A stretch of 63,989 nt of DNA, counting the filler, from Thelocarpon superellum (Eukaryota): assembly GCA_026025795.1 (NCBI GenBank). It is 4 parts of 4 records of this genome, joined end to end, with 100 filler letters (N's around TTAATTAATTAA, not from the genome) between each part and the next. Parts side by side here need not be neighbours in the genome. Positions count along the whole stretch, not along the records: positions 16,791 to 33,475 come from JAPEUG010000386.1; positions 33,576 to 50,157 come from JAPEUG010000388.1; 2 more parts are not named here. One strand, given 5' to 3'. The position numbers were made by a program, and so were the translations under genes. Below are positions 25,089 through 37,731 of this stretch, one piece after another. The notes under the pieces were generated by a model that saw nothing but the letters and a program-made list of their open reading frames with translations, was not told the DNA's origin and did no database searches. How positions within the stretch are numbered: position 1 is the stretch's first letter; every line of letters starts with the position of its first letter.

Positions 25089-26582
25089 ATGATCAGCCCC
25101 GTGGCTCCGCCACGTAGATATTTCCTACTCTTCTTAATGCTCCTCGCTCTCCCACCGTGCGTTTGGTCGGGCGTACCTAATGTTCCCTGGGATCCGTCCG
25201 AGGTCAGATATTGCAGCGCTCGGATCTACGGCCAACCGATCCGTATCGCCGCGGTCGACGAAGCCATTCGCGGCATGCCCGAGGGAGCTCAGCTGAGACG
25301 ATATAGTACTGTTGTCGGCCATGGCCACGATCGCCTTCCACAAGTATATTCCAGCCACGGTCAGTTCACATTTGTCCCGTTCTGCTGAGCTCTGGCACTG
25401 ACAGGGCCAATAAAGGTAGCCAGCCCGTTTACGTCATAATTCAGCCCGTTCTATGGGGAACGGACACGGACGCATATGCATATGCATTTTCGCCAGATCA
25501 GCTGCGAAATGCGGTAGGCTGGATTGCGCACGGGTGTGAGGGCGTTGGCGGCTTTACCACGTTAGGATTCGGCGAGGCATTTGCGGCGGCCTCCACCTCC
25601 ACTGTGCCTCTTGATTTGGTCATCCGCGGTAGGTGGCCCCGAAATTCCAAACCACCTTGGAGTTCATCTTCCAGCAGCCATGGTTGCAAAACTAACCTCT
25701 GTCTTTTTTAGACGGGCTCGGAGATGGCATTGATGGCGTTGTGCCTGATCTTCAACGCTACCTGACCATCACAATCAGTACGTCGCCAACGGATTGGATG
25801 GTGGGCGAAGACTTTGCCGGAAGGACGCTAGCCAAGTCCATTCGTGCTCTCCACCTGAAGTTGCCCAAGCTCGACCTGAGTTTCGAACGCGTGGCGCAAG
25901 CAGTCGAGAACAATGTAAGGGCGAAGGAGCAGCAACGCCGTCGATGTCGGTCATCAGGGAGGGCCGCTTTCAGGACGATCTCTCCCATCTGCAACGCGAG
26001 GAGATACGGAGTGCCCTCATGCTCCGCTCTCTTACATTCAGGCCGCAACGACCAGATCGTCAACCTGAGCCCCGGTCAAATGTGGGTGCAAAGCGATGGT
26101 GAGAAATCCCCACCCACAACATGGAGCACGGATGGTGCGTTGGCTGATCCCATCCCTTTGTCAATCCTAGCATCTTGTAACATCACCGTTGAGGCGAAAC
26201 AAGCCCCGTGGACCATAACCTTTGAGGACATCCAGAATGCTGTTCAGACCATCCTGAGCGTCTGTGAAGAGAGTCCGACCATCGCCAAGTCGGGAGGCTG
26301 GGCATTTCTCCCGAAGCCTCCGTCCCTCCCACAGGCTTGCTCGGCCTCGGACCCATATCTGTTCAATTCGACGTCTGTTCCTGGCGCCGCTTCCTCGTCG
26401 GAAGGGGTGATTACCGGTATGACCAGAGGTATGTACCTCTGCAGGACAACATTACCATGGCTGGTGTCACACCGGCCCCACAATGCGCCTCATAGCTAAT
26501 CCTTGGTGTTCGCGATCCAGGAAGACGACGTCGAAGACCACGGGGTCCAGGGTTACAGATCACCGTCTCCGGCGGTCAGTAG
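25089..26582 (+). CDS. Uncharacterised secreted protein of about 420 aa with two tandem Cys-containing domains; exons 25089-25359, 25416-25628, 25712-26428, 26521-26582
   Basis: Hydrophobic signal-peptide-like N-terminus; three GT-AG introns with CTRAY branch sites give one continuous frame; internal duplication CSARIYGQP / CNARRYGVP. Confidence 0.75.
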
Positions 26583-27910
26583 CCACACATACGTCCCGCG
26601 ACTCATCGGCTTGAACCATTGACACTCACCACATCAATGGATTGGTCTCTGAATGGCAAGATCACGTACGCGATCCACCAGAAATAGCCTTTGCATGTGC
26701 TGGAGCACCGGGGTCCAGAGATTGTAATATCCTTTAATTATTTTGACAAAGATTCTGAGCTACTTATTGCACCGTACTCTCCATCTTGCTGAAAAATTTC
26801 TTGACAAGTATGGAAATTGTCTCGCGTTGAACCCGGAAACGATTGTAAAATTAGTGATGTGGCAAACTCTTACTGGGACTCGCTCGCCGGCCTTTATATC
26901 AGTGTCTGCAGCTTGCGAGCTGTGGTTGCGGCTACTTTCCAGCACTCGCACGATGCGTGAGGAGGCAGTGAGCCTGGGCCAGTAGGGCCAGCACCAGGAG
27001 CATGTGCTATCAAGGCACCGACGGGTCTGCCAAGGTACTACCATGGAGAGTACTGACGTACCCCGGTAACTGCACTGGAGATGGGTGGTCTATTCTATGG
27101 AAGCTATCCGTCGTTCTAATATACAGCTATTGTGGGTCACGTGCGGCGGCTTACTCAGAAGCCTCGAGCTCCCGTATGGAGCCTCCACAGTACTGACGCA
27201 TGGATGTCAATTCGAAAGTTGCGGGGAGGCGGCCAGCCGACTATTCGTAAAGTACCAAATACTCCATGCAGAAAACGTCTTCGGGCCGCAGGTGGGCCCG
27301 CGTCTTGCTCTTGGAAGTCTCCTCGTAACATACTTGCACAGGCCTCCACTGCCGCAGTCGTAGGTGGCGCTCGCTCGCTCTCGTCGTTGCGCAGCTGGCC
27401 TATCCACGTCCTCGAGAACTCGGTAGCGAATCCACTGGGTGCCGGACGCTTGCCGGGCCAAGTCGCAGGACGGTCCCGACTCGCTAGCGACCAAAGTTGG
27501 TCAGCCGCCTATCGTTTGTTTGTTGTGGTACACCTGACCTATCAAATGGCTCGGACGGACCCTCGAGGACAATTCCGAGGTTATGCGAAAAGAATGCCTA
27601 TCGTCCGGTATACCTCTTCCCTAGGGAAGGATCCAAGCTCGTCCAGTCCATGATGCTAAGCTACCGCGTTCGCCATGTCAAAGTCCTGAGACCGTGCCTT
27701 TGTCTCGCCGCGATCATCAATGCCTGTGGCTGCTCAGTTGGCTGAGCCAGCAGCCTTCCTCGTCTCGTCCGTCGCTGTCGATCACAGCCGGCCACGTGCA
27801 TTCCTGACCACATTCCAGTCTCACACACTCCGGCTCCGGGCCTAAGAGCGGGCCGAGTCTGCGTGTTGAAGTGACGACGGCGGTGCGACTGCGATCGAAA
27901 CAGAGGCACG

Positions 27911-30900
27911 ATGGATGGCCCAACCACTCCCACCCATCCTCCTCCTCACTACACGGGACCGCCGTCGTACTATGGTGATGTTCCTCTGGAGGACGGAGGA
28001 ACTCCAGGCGACCTCCCACGACCGCCGTCGTCCATGCGGTTACTGACGTCCATGGATGACGCTGACTTTCGACCGTACGGCCTTGCTCGTCTGCCGCGCA
28101 CGGATTTTCTGCTGACTGTGAATCTAGGCCAACCTCTCCCCACCGATCATACCATCCGTCCAGCACGTCCCTACCGCGATCGGGCTCGCCGTCGGTGTTG
28201 GGTGGGCACCCATCGCCGGCCTTTCCTCGCGCGACGGTCGATGCGCCACCCTACATGGCGTATTCCCCCACTCATCCGGCGTCTCACCGACACACACCCT
28301 CGCGAGGGTCGTCCGATGCGTCCAGGCCGCCTCCGTCAAACATTTCCTACGAACCGGTAGACCTTAATGGGAGCCCCCGACCAGGTACACCGTCGTCCAG
28401 ATATGGGGGGAGCCCACGACGACCATTGCCTCCGGCCCCGCTGTTCTCCAACCCTGCGGTCCTTCCCCGGGCTTCACGAGAAGCCGCCCGCGACGACGCC
28501 ACCATTCCTGTCGAGGTCGATGAGGACGACGTCTTTGGACCCGACATGGCAAATCCACGTCACAGTCTGAAGTCCCAGCACTCCTTCGTCTCCGAGTCCA
28601 CCTTCACGGACGAAACGGAAGCGCGGGACTACTACGAGCAATACGGCCCGGCGCCATCAGGACGGCAAGAACGGCGGGGTGCGCGCCAGGCGCAGATGGC
28701 AAAGAAAGAGGTCCGCCTCATCAATGGCGAACTGATCTTGGAGTGCAAGATCCCCACCATCCTCTACAGCTTTCTCCCGCGCCGCGACGAGATCGAGTTC
28801 ACGCACATGCGCTACACCGCCGTCACCTGCGATCCGGACGAATTCGTCGAGCGTGGATACAAGCTCCGGCAGAACATCGGCAGCACAGCGCGCGAGACGG
28901 AGCTCTTCATCTGCGTGACCATGTACAACGAGGATGAGATCGACTTCACCCGGACCATTCATGCCATCATGCGGAATATCACGCACTTCTGCTCCCGATC
29001 CAAGTCCCGCACCTGGGGCAAGGACGGATGGCAGAAGATTGTCGTGTGTATCGTGTCCGACGGCCGACGCAAGGTGCATCCTCGCACCCTCGATGCCCTC
29101 GCCGCCATGGGCGTGTACCAGGATGGCATCGCCAAGAACCTCGTCAATCAACGCGAGGTGCGCGCACATGTGTACGAGTACACGACGCAGGTCTCGCTCG
29201 ACGCCGACCTCAAATTCAAGGGGGCGGAGAAGGGCATTGTCCCCTGCCAGCTGATCTTCTGCCTCAAGGAGAAGAATCAGAAGAAACTCAATTCCCACCG
29301 ATGGTTCTTCAACGCCTTTGGTCGCGCCCTGAGTCCCAATGTCTGCATCCTGCTCGACGTCGGCACTAAGCCCGGCACGAAGTCGCTCTACCATCTGTGG
29401 AAGGCGTTTGACATTGACTCCAACGTGGCCGGGGCCTGTGGGGAGATCAAGGCCGGTAAGGGGAAGGGCTGGCTCGGACTCCTGAACCCCTTGGTGGCGT
29501 CGCAGAACTTTGAGTACAAGATGTCCAACATCCTTGACAAGCCCCTGGAATCGGTCTTTGGTTACATCACTGTGCTGCCCGGCGCGCTCAGTGCCTACCG
29601 CTACCACGCGCTCCAGAATGACCACACGGGCCACGGCCCGCTGAGTCAGTACTTCAAGGGCGAAACGCTCAAGGGGCAAGACGCCGACGTCTTCACGGCC
29701 AACATGTACCTGGCCGAGGATCGAATCCTGTGCTGGGAGTTGGTGGCCAAGCGCAGCGAGCGGTGGGTGCTCAAGTACGTCAAGAGTTGCACGGGCGAGA
29801 CCGACGTGCCTGGTGAGTGGTGCCGATCTGGGGCTTGCGCAAGGGGCGCCATCCCATGCTGACCCTGATCCAGACACCGTCCCGGAGTTTGTGTCCCAAC
29901 GTCGACGCTGGCTGAACGGCGCCTTCTTTGCGGCCGTCTATTCCCTGGTCCACTTCCGACAGATCTGGTATACGGACCACACTATCGCGCGCAAGATCTT
30001 GTTGCATATCGAATTCGTCTACCAATTCGTCAGCCTGGTCTTCACCTACTTCTCATTGGTAAGGAGCTTCTAGCGACCCATCCGACCTTCCCTACGATCA
30101 TGACCACCTAACTGACTGGTGGATAGGCCAACTTCTACCTCACCTTCTACTTCATCGCCGGATCCTTGGCCGACCCCAAGATCGATCCATTTGGCCACAG
30201 CATCGGCCTGTATATCTTCATCATCCTGCGATTCACCTGCGTCCTGCTCATCTGCACGCAATTCATCCTCTCCATGGGCAATCGACCGCAAGGGTATGTG
30301 ATGCAGTGGTCGAGGGGACGTCCACGTGGCGACTGACGCAGACGTGCAGGGCCAAGAAGATGTTCATGGGAAGCATGATCATCTATTCGATCATCATGGT
30401 CTACACCACCTTCTGCACCTTTTACATCGTCGTGCGGCAGCTCAAGGATCCCGAGTCTAGTTTCACGGTGGGCAACAACGTCTTCACCAACCTCATCGTG
30501 TCGACCGGGTCCACCGTGGGGCTCTATTTCCTCATGAGCTTCCTCTACCTCGATCCGTGGCACATGTTCACGTCGGCGGCGCAATACTTTGCCATGTTGC
30601 CGAGCTACATCTGCACGCTGCAGGTGTATGCCTTCTGCAACACCCACGATGTCACCTGGGGTACCAAGGGAGACAATGTCATCCATACCGATCTTGGCGC
30701 GGCCATCTCAGGCAAGGGCAACACAGTGGAGCTCGAGATGCCATCGGAGCAGCTGGACATCGACTCGGGGTACGACGCGGCGTTGCGGAACCTGCGCGAT
30801 CGCCTCGAGGTGCCGAAGCCGGGCATCGGCGAGGCGCAGCAACAGGAGGACTACTACCGTGCCGTGCGCACGTACATGGTGCTCGTGTGGATGATTGCCA

Positions 30901-31193
30901 ACGCCATCCTGGCCATGGCCATCAGCGAGGCGTACAGCTCGCAGAACGTTGGCGACAACTTCTACCTCAAGTTCATCCTATGGTCCGTGGCGGCCGTTGC
31001 GCTGTTTCGGGCCCTGGGCTCGTCGACCTTTGGCGTCATCAATATCATCCACGCCATTGGAGACGGTCGGGTGCGCTTCTCCCTGAGCTGGCTCCGCGGT
31101 CCCTCATGGCTGCGTGGTCGGTCGACGGGCATCAGTAGCAAGCTGAGCAGCATTGGGACCAGCAGTCTGGCGAGCACGCTGGGCAAGAAATGA
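27911..31193 (+). CDS. Chitin synthase, division 1 (class II type), multi-intron
   Basis: [48 protein letters not shown] and HDVTWGTKG motifs; [19 protein letters not shown] is typical of class II. Confidence 0.96.
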
Positions 31194-31802
31194 GGGCAAG
31201 AAACGGAGGCGGGAGAATGTTCTGGCGCGGGTAAATCGGTGGGGGGCTGGGAGTGTTTTAATGTTGCACGTCGGTCACGGCGAGGATGTGAAGCCGAGAT
31301 TGTCAAGCAGATCTCGTCCTCCATCCGCCTGGTGTAACTTTGTACATAGTCATACTCAATCGTCCTCCGCAACCATCGACCCTAGACTTCTCCGACAGTA
31401 CCTTGGTGAATGATAGAACGTAGGCTCTTGGCGAGAAGACCATGAAGTCGCGTGTCATGAGAACGTCGGATCGAGGCTCGTAAAAATAGGAGACGTCACG
31501 TGAGCCGCGGAGCGAGATCGAGCCTGGCGTAGGTCGCTGGAGCACAACCCCCACGTTCAATGTGAGCGCGAGACCAAGCATCCTCGTCTTCCACCATCTG
31601 GAAATTGCGATCACGGCTCTTGGGGTGGGCGGATGTCTGGAGCCTTGGTATGTGTAGGCGCTTAGCAGCTGCTTCCCACTTGATATTGCCACCCACAATT
31701 TGGAGACGAATCAGTCGCCAATCTAGGCGATTTATGCAAAATTGCTCCAATTGCTCACCCCAAATGCTCCCCTTACGCTGTCTCTGACTGTCGATCGACT
31801 GC

Positions 31803-33475
31803 ATGGCTGCCTCACCTGCGCTAGCCTTTGACCTGGTCGCCAAGTGCTCCGTAGGTTTCTCGTAGCATTGTCGTCGACCACTTCACTTGGGACCGTTGAT
31901 CGATCGATGTGATGCTGAGACGAAGTAGGTTACCAAGGCTCGGGCGGCCCTGATGCACCTCCCCCATGGTCCCGTCTCTCTGCCCATCTTCATGCCCGTG
32001 GCCACGCAAGCGTCATTGAAGGGGCTCATGCCCGAGCAACTGGACGAGACGGGCTGTAGGCTATGTCTGAACAATACCTACCATCTGTTTGTCCCCATGG
32101 TCCCTAATCCTCAGACGAGGTGGTGGTATTGACATGTTGACGGAATGCAGAGGCCTGAGACCGGGTCAAGCGACGTTGGACGCAGTGGGAGGCGCGCACA
32201 ACTTTCAGTCATGGCCACACAATATCTTGACCGGTGACTTTGACCATCTGCGGCTGAGCCACCCTCGCTGACGGCATCCTTTTCTGCAGACAGTGGTGGG
32301 TTGGTGCTCCGCGTCCGAAGGATGGCTCCTCTACTGACACTGCGTCCTCCGAAGATTTCAGATGGTGTCCTTACTCAAGCTGGCCCGCGTCACCGAGGAA
32401 GGCGTCCGCTTCCTGAGCCCGCATGATGGCAGTCCTATGTAAGATCGCCCAGACTCCCTCCACCCTCGACCTTGCGCCAACTTTGGCAGGCTCCTCACCC
32501 CGGAGCATTCCATTTCCCTGCAAAACTCCATCGGCTCGGACATCATCATGCAGCTGGACGACGTCATTGCCACGACGTCTCCCGATCGAGCGCGGATGGA
32601 GGAAGCCATGCAACGCTCCATCCGCTGGCTCGATCGATGCATTACGGCGCACCAGAATCCCACGGCGCAAAATCTGTTCTGCATCGTCCAAGGTGGACTG
32701 GACTTGGATCTACGGCGGGAGTGCTGTGCCGCCATGGTTGCGCGAGATACGCCAGGCATCGCCATCGGGGGGTTGTCGGGCGGCGAGGCCAAAGATTCCT
32801 ACTGTCGCGTGTGCGTCTGCCCCGGTCCAGGCTGAGGAAGGCGGGCCAAGCAAATTGACATCCTCAGGGTTGACACCTGCACCGGTCTCTTGCCCGAGGC
32901 GAAGCCTCGATACGTCATGGGTGTGGTCAGCATCGTCACCCCATCGGTCTTGACCGCCAAATTGACCGGCTCAGGGCTACCCCGAAGATCTCGTCGTCTC
33001 CGTCGCGCTTGGTGCGGATATGTTTGATTGTGTCTGGCCCACACGGACAGCCGTACGTGGAGCCTTTCTGGTCACGTACCCTTGCCTGACCCTCTCCAGC
33101 GATTTGGCAATGCCGTCACTCGACGCGGCACCCTCCACCTTCGACATGCCACCTTTGCGGATGACTTCTCACCGGTCGAGGAAGGCTGCACGTGCAGGTG
33201 CTGCCGCTCGGAGGCGGAAGGGGGATTGGGCATTACGCGTGCCTACATTCATCACGTCGCGGCCAAGGAGACCGTGGGTGCGCATCTGTACGTGGTCCCC
33301 TTGGCTCCACACCTACGGAGATTAATGCTGCGGCCTGCAGATTGACCATGCACAACGTGCATCATCTCCTATCACTCATGAGGTCGGCTCGAACGGCGAT
33401 CATAGAAGACCAGTATCCGCGATTTTTGAAGTCGTACTTTGCCACTCTGTATCACGGGGATAAGTCGCTCTACCC
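31803..33475 (+). CDS. TGT: Queuine tRNA-ribosyltransferase catalytic subunit (QTRT1-type), 9 introns, 3'-truncated by gap
   Basis: [49 protein letters not shown] and [10 protein letters not shown] motifs, plus zinc site CxCxxC...HN. Confidence 0.96.
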
Positions 33476-33575
33476 NNNNNNNNNNNNNNNNNNNNNNNNN
33501 NNNNNNNNNNNNNNNNNNNTTAATTAATTAANNNNNNNNNNNNNNNNNNNNNNNNNNNNNNNNNNNNNNNNNNNN
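33476..33575. other. Assembly gap/contig spacer
   Basis: N44-TTAATTAATTAA-N44. Confidence 0.97.
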
Positions 33576-33777
33576 CCTCCGGCGGATGGATCAAGGGGCT
33601 GGGCAACACTGCGGGCTGTTCCGGAACCCAGCATTGCTCGCGGAAGTCATTGAGGGACCCGGTGGGCAGCGTCGGTAGCGTCGCGAACCCTGCCGTGTCG
33701 CCACTCTTGAATGAGACGGCAGATGAGAAGGACCGAAGAGTCTTGAAGCCGTGACCCGCCCGCAATACCGCGACCAT
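33576..33777 (-). CDS. N-terminal fragment of a probable JmjC/cupin-8 domain protein, truncated by gap
   Basis: Presequence-like MVAVLRAGHGFKTLRSFSS followed by SLNDFREQCWVPEQPAVLP, which resembles the F..Y.....PV start of cupin-8 domains. Catalytic region not visible. Confidence 0.55.
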
Positions 33778-34673
33778 ACGGTGCTTCTGTAGCTTGCTCC
33801 GTCCGGAGGAAGCGTTTGGCCGAAGAAGAGAGACCGCAAAGGGCGTGGCAATGAAGTGCCCTATCTGCAATACTTGTACCACATACTCGAAGTAACTAAT
33901 TGAATGACGTTTCGCCGTGGTTCAGTCAAGACACGACCAAACATTCGATTTAGAGCGTGAGCAGAGACGCCTTAACCGAGACCGAGGGTTTGCGGGACGC
34001 AAGAGGTATGTTAGCCACTACTCGTACGAGGTACTTCGTACTATGTTACGAGTAGTGGCTATCTCTTGCGTCCCGTACTGTTCGTACCCAAGCGATAGAA
34101 GGACTGCGAACACGCGTGTTGGGACAGTTATGCCTGCACAAGCGTACTAGGGAAGCGACTTCAACAGCGAGAGCAGACCGAAGGACACGCAGGTTGCGTA
34201 GGATGCGCTAAGAGGGACACGTATCGGAGATCCTTTCCGCCTGGGTGGGGATGCAGCCGAGAGCTCTAACGACCCACGGTACGGGCGTACATGCTCCAAC
34301 GGGTCCGATCGCCTCCATCGAATCGTTCATGGCAGTTTAGCTTCCGAAGCCCGGGCAGGTGAATGTGAATCATACCCGAGCGAGATGTGGGGAGCGGTCA
34401 CTGTACAAGTGACCATGCCACGTCCAGCTCCGCTTCATCCTTCCCACACGCCCATTAGGTCGCCATCATCCAGAGACGAGCGCGTGCTCTTCTGTCTCGG
34501 CCACCTGGGGGGGTTGGAATAAGATACGCATCTCCACTCGCGGCATATGACTTGATTCTCTGACACCCCGCGCTTGGTCAGACGAGAGGGATCGGCCTTG
34601 CACTCACCCCCCCACCTCGTCCACCGGTCTTCACGCGGTCCCCTGGCCGGTGGGGACTGTGGCACCAGACGCC

Positions 34674-36735
34674 ATGGCCCCGAATGCCATCTCCACGCAC
34701 AAATTGTACACGTATGACAGCTACACCTACTACCCCGTCGTCATCGTGGGCGCGGGCGAGTCAGGCATTGCCATGGGCTGCCAGCTCAAGGAACAGCTAG
34801 GCTTCGATCAGTTCCGCATCTTCGACCGACAAGGCGGCATTGGCGGGACCTGGTGGATCAATCGATACCCCGGCGTGGCCTGCGATGTGTGCGTCTCCCA
34901 TGATGAGCCCCGTGCCTCGTCATTCCCGTGCACGCGCTGACCATCGCTAGCCCGGCCATGTTCTATTCGTTCAGCTTCTCGCCCAACGACAAGTGGACCA
35001 CCTTTCACCCGCCGGGGCCGGAGATCGTGCAGTATCTGGGGGATGTGTGCACCAAGTACCAGATTGCCGACAAGATCCAGCTCAACACCAACGTGGCCGA
35101 GGCGCGTTGGCTCGAGGAGGAAGAGCAATGGGAGCTCACGCTCGAGCACATGCGAGCCTACACCGGGGACCTGAGCGCGGCGGACCGCCAAAAGCTCATC
35201 GCGGAGCGGGGAGATGATTACGTTTACGTGGGCAAGGAGACCATCCGTGCCAAGGTGCTGGCGACCGCCGTGGGTGCCCTCGTCGAGCCACAGGCCTGGC
35301 CGAAGCACGTCACCGGCCTCGAGCAGTTCGAGGGCGCCATCATCCACTCGGCCCGATGGGATGCCACGGTCGACATGGAGGGGAAGGATGTCGTGGTCGT
35401 GGGCACGGGATGTAGTGCGGCGCAACTGGTCCCGCGACTGGTCCAGGCGCCCTATCGTGCCAAGTCCGTGACGCAGATCATGCGGAGTGCGCCCTGGGTG
35501 GTGCCGGCCCCGGAGCCGCCGGGCATGTCCGTGGCCACGTGGGAACGGTGGAGTCCTCAATTCCTCGGCACCGTCCCCGGCCTGGCCTTGCTGATCCGCA
35601 CGCTCATCTTCTGCGCGTCTGAGTGGGACTTCCGCCTCTTTCACGACGGGGAATGGAATAGAAAGGAGCGGCGCAAGGTGCGGCCCGGCTTGAGGATGCG
35701 TGGGGCACGGGCAGATAGCTGACGTGCACAACAGTACGAGGCCGGCTTGCTCGACCACATGCAGCGGACGGCACCGGAAAAGTATCATGAGCTCCTGACG
35801 CCAAACTACCCCGTCTGTTGCAAGCGGCGGATCTTCGACCGCTTCTGGCTCCCCAGCCTTCACGATCCCAAGATCGAGCTGACCAATCGGCCCTTGACGA
35901 AAGTCCAGCCACGTGGGGTCACGCTGGGTCCGCTTCCCAAGAGCACGGGGTCTACGGAGGCCGCGGCGCCGCAACAGCTCCCGGCTGATGTGATCGTGGT
36001 GGCCAACGGATTCGCGACGGGCGAGTGGCTTCTGCCCTTGACGGTGCGCGGCCAGGGGGGGAAGGATCTGCACGGGGTGTGGAAGGAGCGTGGTGGGGCG
36101 CAGGCCTACCTGGGCACGGCCATGGACGGCTTTCCGAACATGTTCATGATCTTTGGCCCCAACACGGTGACGGGACACTCGTCCGTCATCCTGGCCAGCG
36201 AGAACATGGTCGCCCTGACCCTGCGACTCATCCGACCGATCCTGGCGGGTGACGCATCACAAGTGGCGGTCAAAGAAGAGGCTGAGCTGGCCTACACCCA
36301 CGGCGTGCAAGAGCGCCTAAAGACGATGGTGTTCAAGACGGGCGCTTGTCACAACTGGTACACGACGGCGGATGGATGGAACTCTCTCACCTATCCGTAG
36401 GTCGATCCCCGCCTCACCGTGGTCCAGCCGTGGGACTGACGTTGTGCAATGTGAACAGCTACACCCAAGTCTACTTCTACTGGATCTGCCGCTTCGTCCA
36501 GTGGCGGGATTGGAACGTCAAGTACACCCGCCGAGGCCTGTGGAGACTTCGAGGGAAACAGATGCTGAGCGTTGCGGCATGGGCGCTGCTCATCACCGGC
36601 GTCCTTCAAGCGCGAGGGGCGGGATATGGGTGGAAAGCACTTCCGCGCGCCGCCCGAGATGCCGGCTCGATGATCATCCGCACCGCCGTCGAGCTTGGGA
36701 GACAGGGATTGGGCGCCGCGCAGAGCTATCTGTAA
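34674..36735 (+). CDS. Baeyer-Villiger-type flavin monooxygenase, 3 introns
   Basis: Rossmann motifs GAGESG and VGTGCSA; GGTWWINRYPGVACD; BVMO fingerprint FEGAIIHSARWD; ANGF; C-terminal hydrophobic segment. Confidence 0.93.
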
Positions 36736-36813
36736 GGCGTTGATTTTCTACGACAAAGGATGGAGTCACCTAGGTAGCTTAGAAATGAGAAGAGTCTCTA
36801 GACTCCGCACGCC

Positions 36814-36958
36814 TCCGTAGGTCTCTGTCGGTCCGTAGGTCTCTGTCGGTCCGTAGGTCACTGTCGGTCCGTAGTTTTACTGTCGGTCCGTAGGTCTCTG
36901 TCGGTCCGTGGATCTCTGTCGGTCCGTGGATCTCTGTCGGTCCGTCAATCTCTGTCGG
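36814..36958. repeat. 18-bp minisatellite (TCCGTAGGTCTCTGTCGG), 8 copies plus a degenerate tail
   Basis: Units read directly; invariant core CTGTCGGTCC with a variable middle segment. Confidence 0.95.
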
Positions 36959-37731
36959 TCCATTTGTTCGTCGGTCTGCTCGTGGGCGGCCAAGGCGCAC
37001 GGACCACGAGGAGGAGAGCGGAAATGTGGCGCAGTTGGACTGCGCCGCCCGACGCACTGCCAGACGCACCGCCAACGCGCGCGCGGGACCTAATGAAGGG
37101 CTTAGCACAGAAGAGGTCCTAGTCCTGGCAGGAGTGATGAGATGCCGCTGCACCGTCATCCTCGCACATCTCGCACATCTCGCCCATCTGCATATCCGTA
37201 TCCTGTAGCGTAGCGTGCAACAAGTAGGGCTCAGCCAGACGATCGTGTTGCCCGTCCTGCCAGGCGCGTGTGACGCACGCTGGCCCACCACCACGACCGA
37301 GTCTCACGTCCCACGGCCCGCGTCCCATCTCCTTCCTTCGCCCCGTGGTCGGCCATCGCGTGCGCGCCCGGATTGCCATGTCGCTCGGGCGGCGCTCCAT
37401 CTAGATCGCTCGCGTCGGAGAGCTGGGCAATTTTTCACCGAGCCCGTCGCCGCGTCCGTTCGTGATACCTCCCCACCCTCTGCCCGTCACCCGTCGCCCA
37501 TCGCCCATCGCCCATCGCCCCCACCTGCCTCTGCCAGTGCCTCTACACCGCCTTTGCTCATCGCTCATCAGTATTCTCTCTCCCAATTTCACTCGCCATC
37601 CCATTTCTCGCCCTCTCGTGCCGTCTGGCCACGACCGGAACTTGGCCCGCCGCGTGCGACCGCGCGACCGCACCTGCTCCTCCCCCAGGTGCCAGTGAGC
37701 GCGGGGCGAGGCCACCATTCCCACCCCCGCC

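Noticed and set aside
28657..29877. 406-aa antisense ORF over chitin synthase (similar ones over the BVMO, thiolase, NRAMP and OCD genes)
   Set aside because: Shadow ORFs caused by high GC3 codon bias; no protein-family features.
32087..32150. Possible nested or twin intron in TGT intron 2 (internal CTAAT...CAG)
   Set aside because: The internal unit would be only about 28 nt, too short; a single intron restores the frame.
36724..36735. C-terminal SYL of the BVMO as a PTS1
   Set aside because: Non-canonical tripeptide lacking a basic residue at -2, following a likely membrane anchor.
36814..36958. Repeat array as a CRISPR
   Set aside because: Head-to-tail 18-bp units without unique spacers, eukaryotic context, no cas genes.
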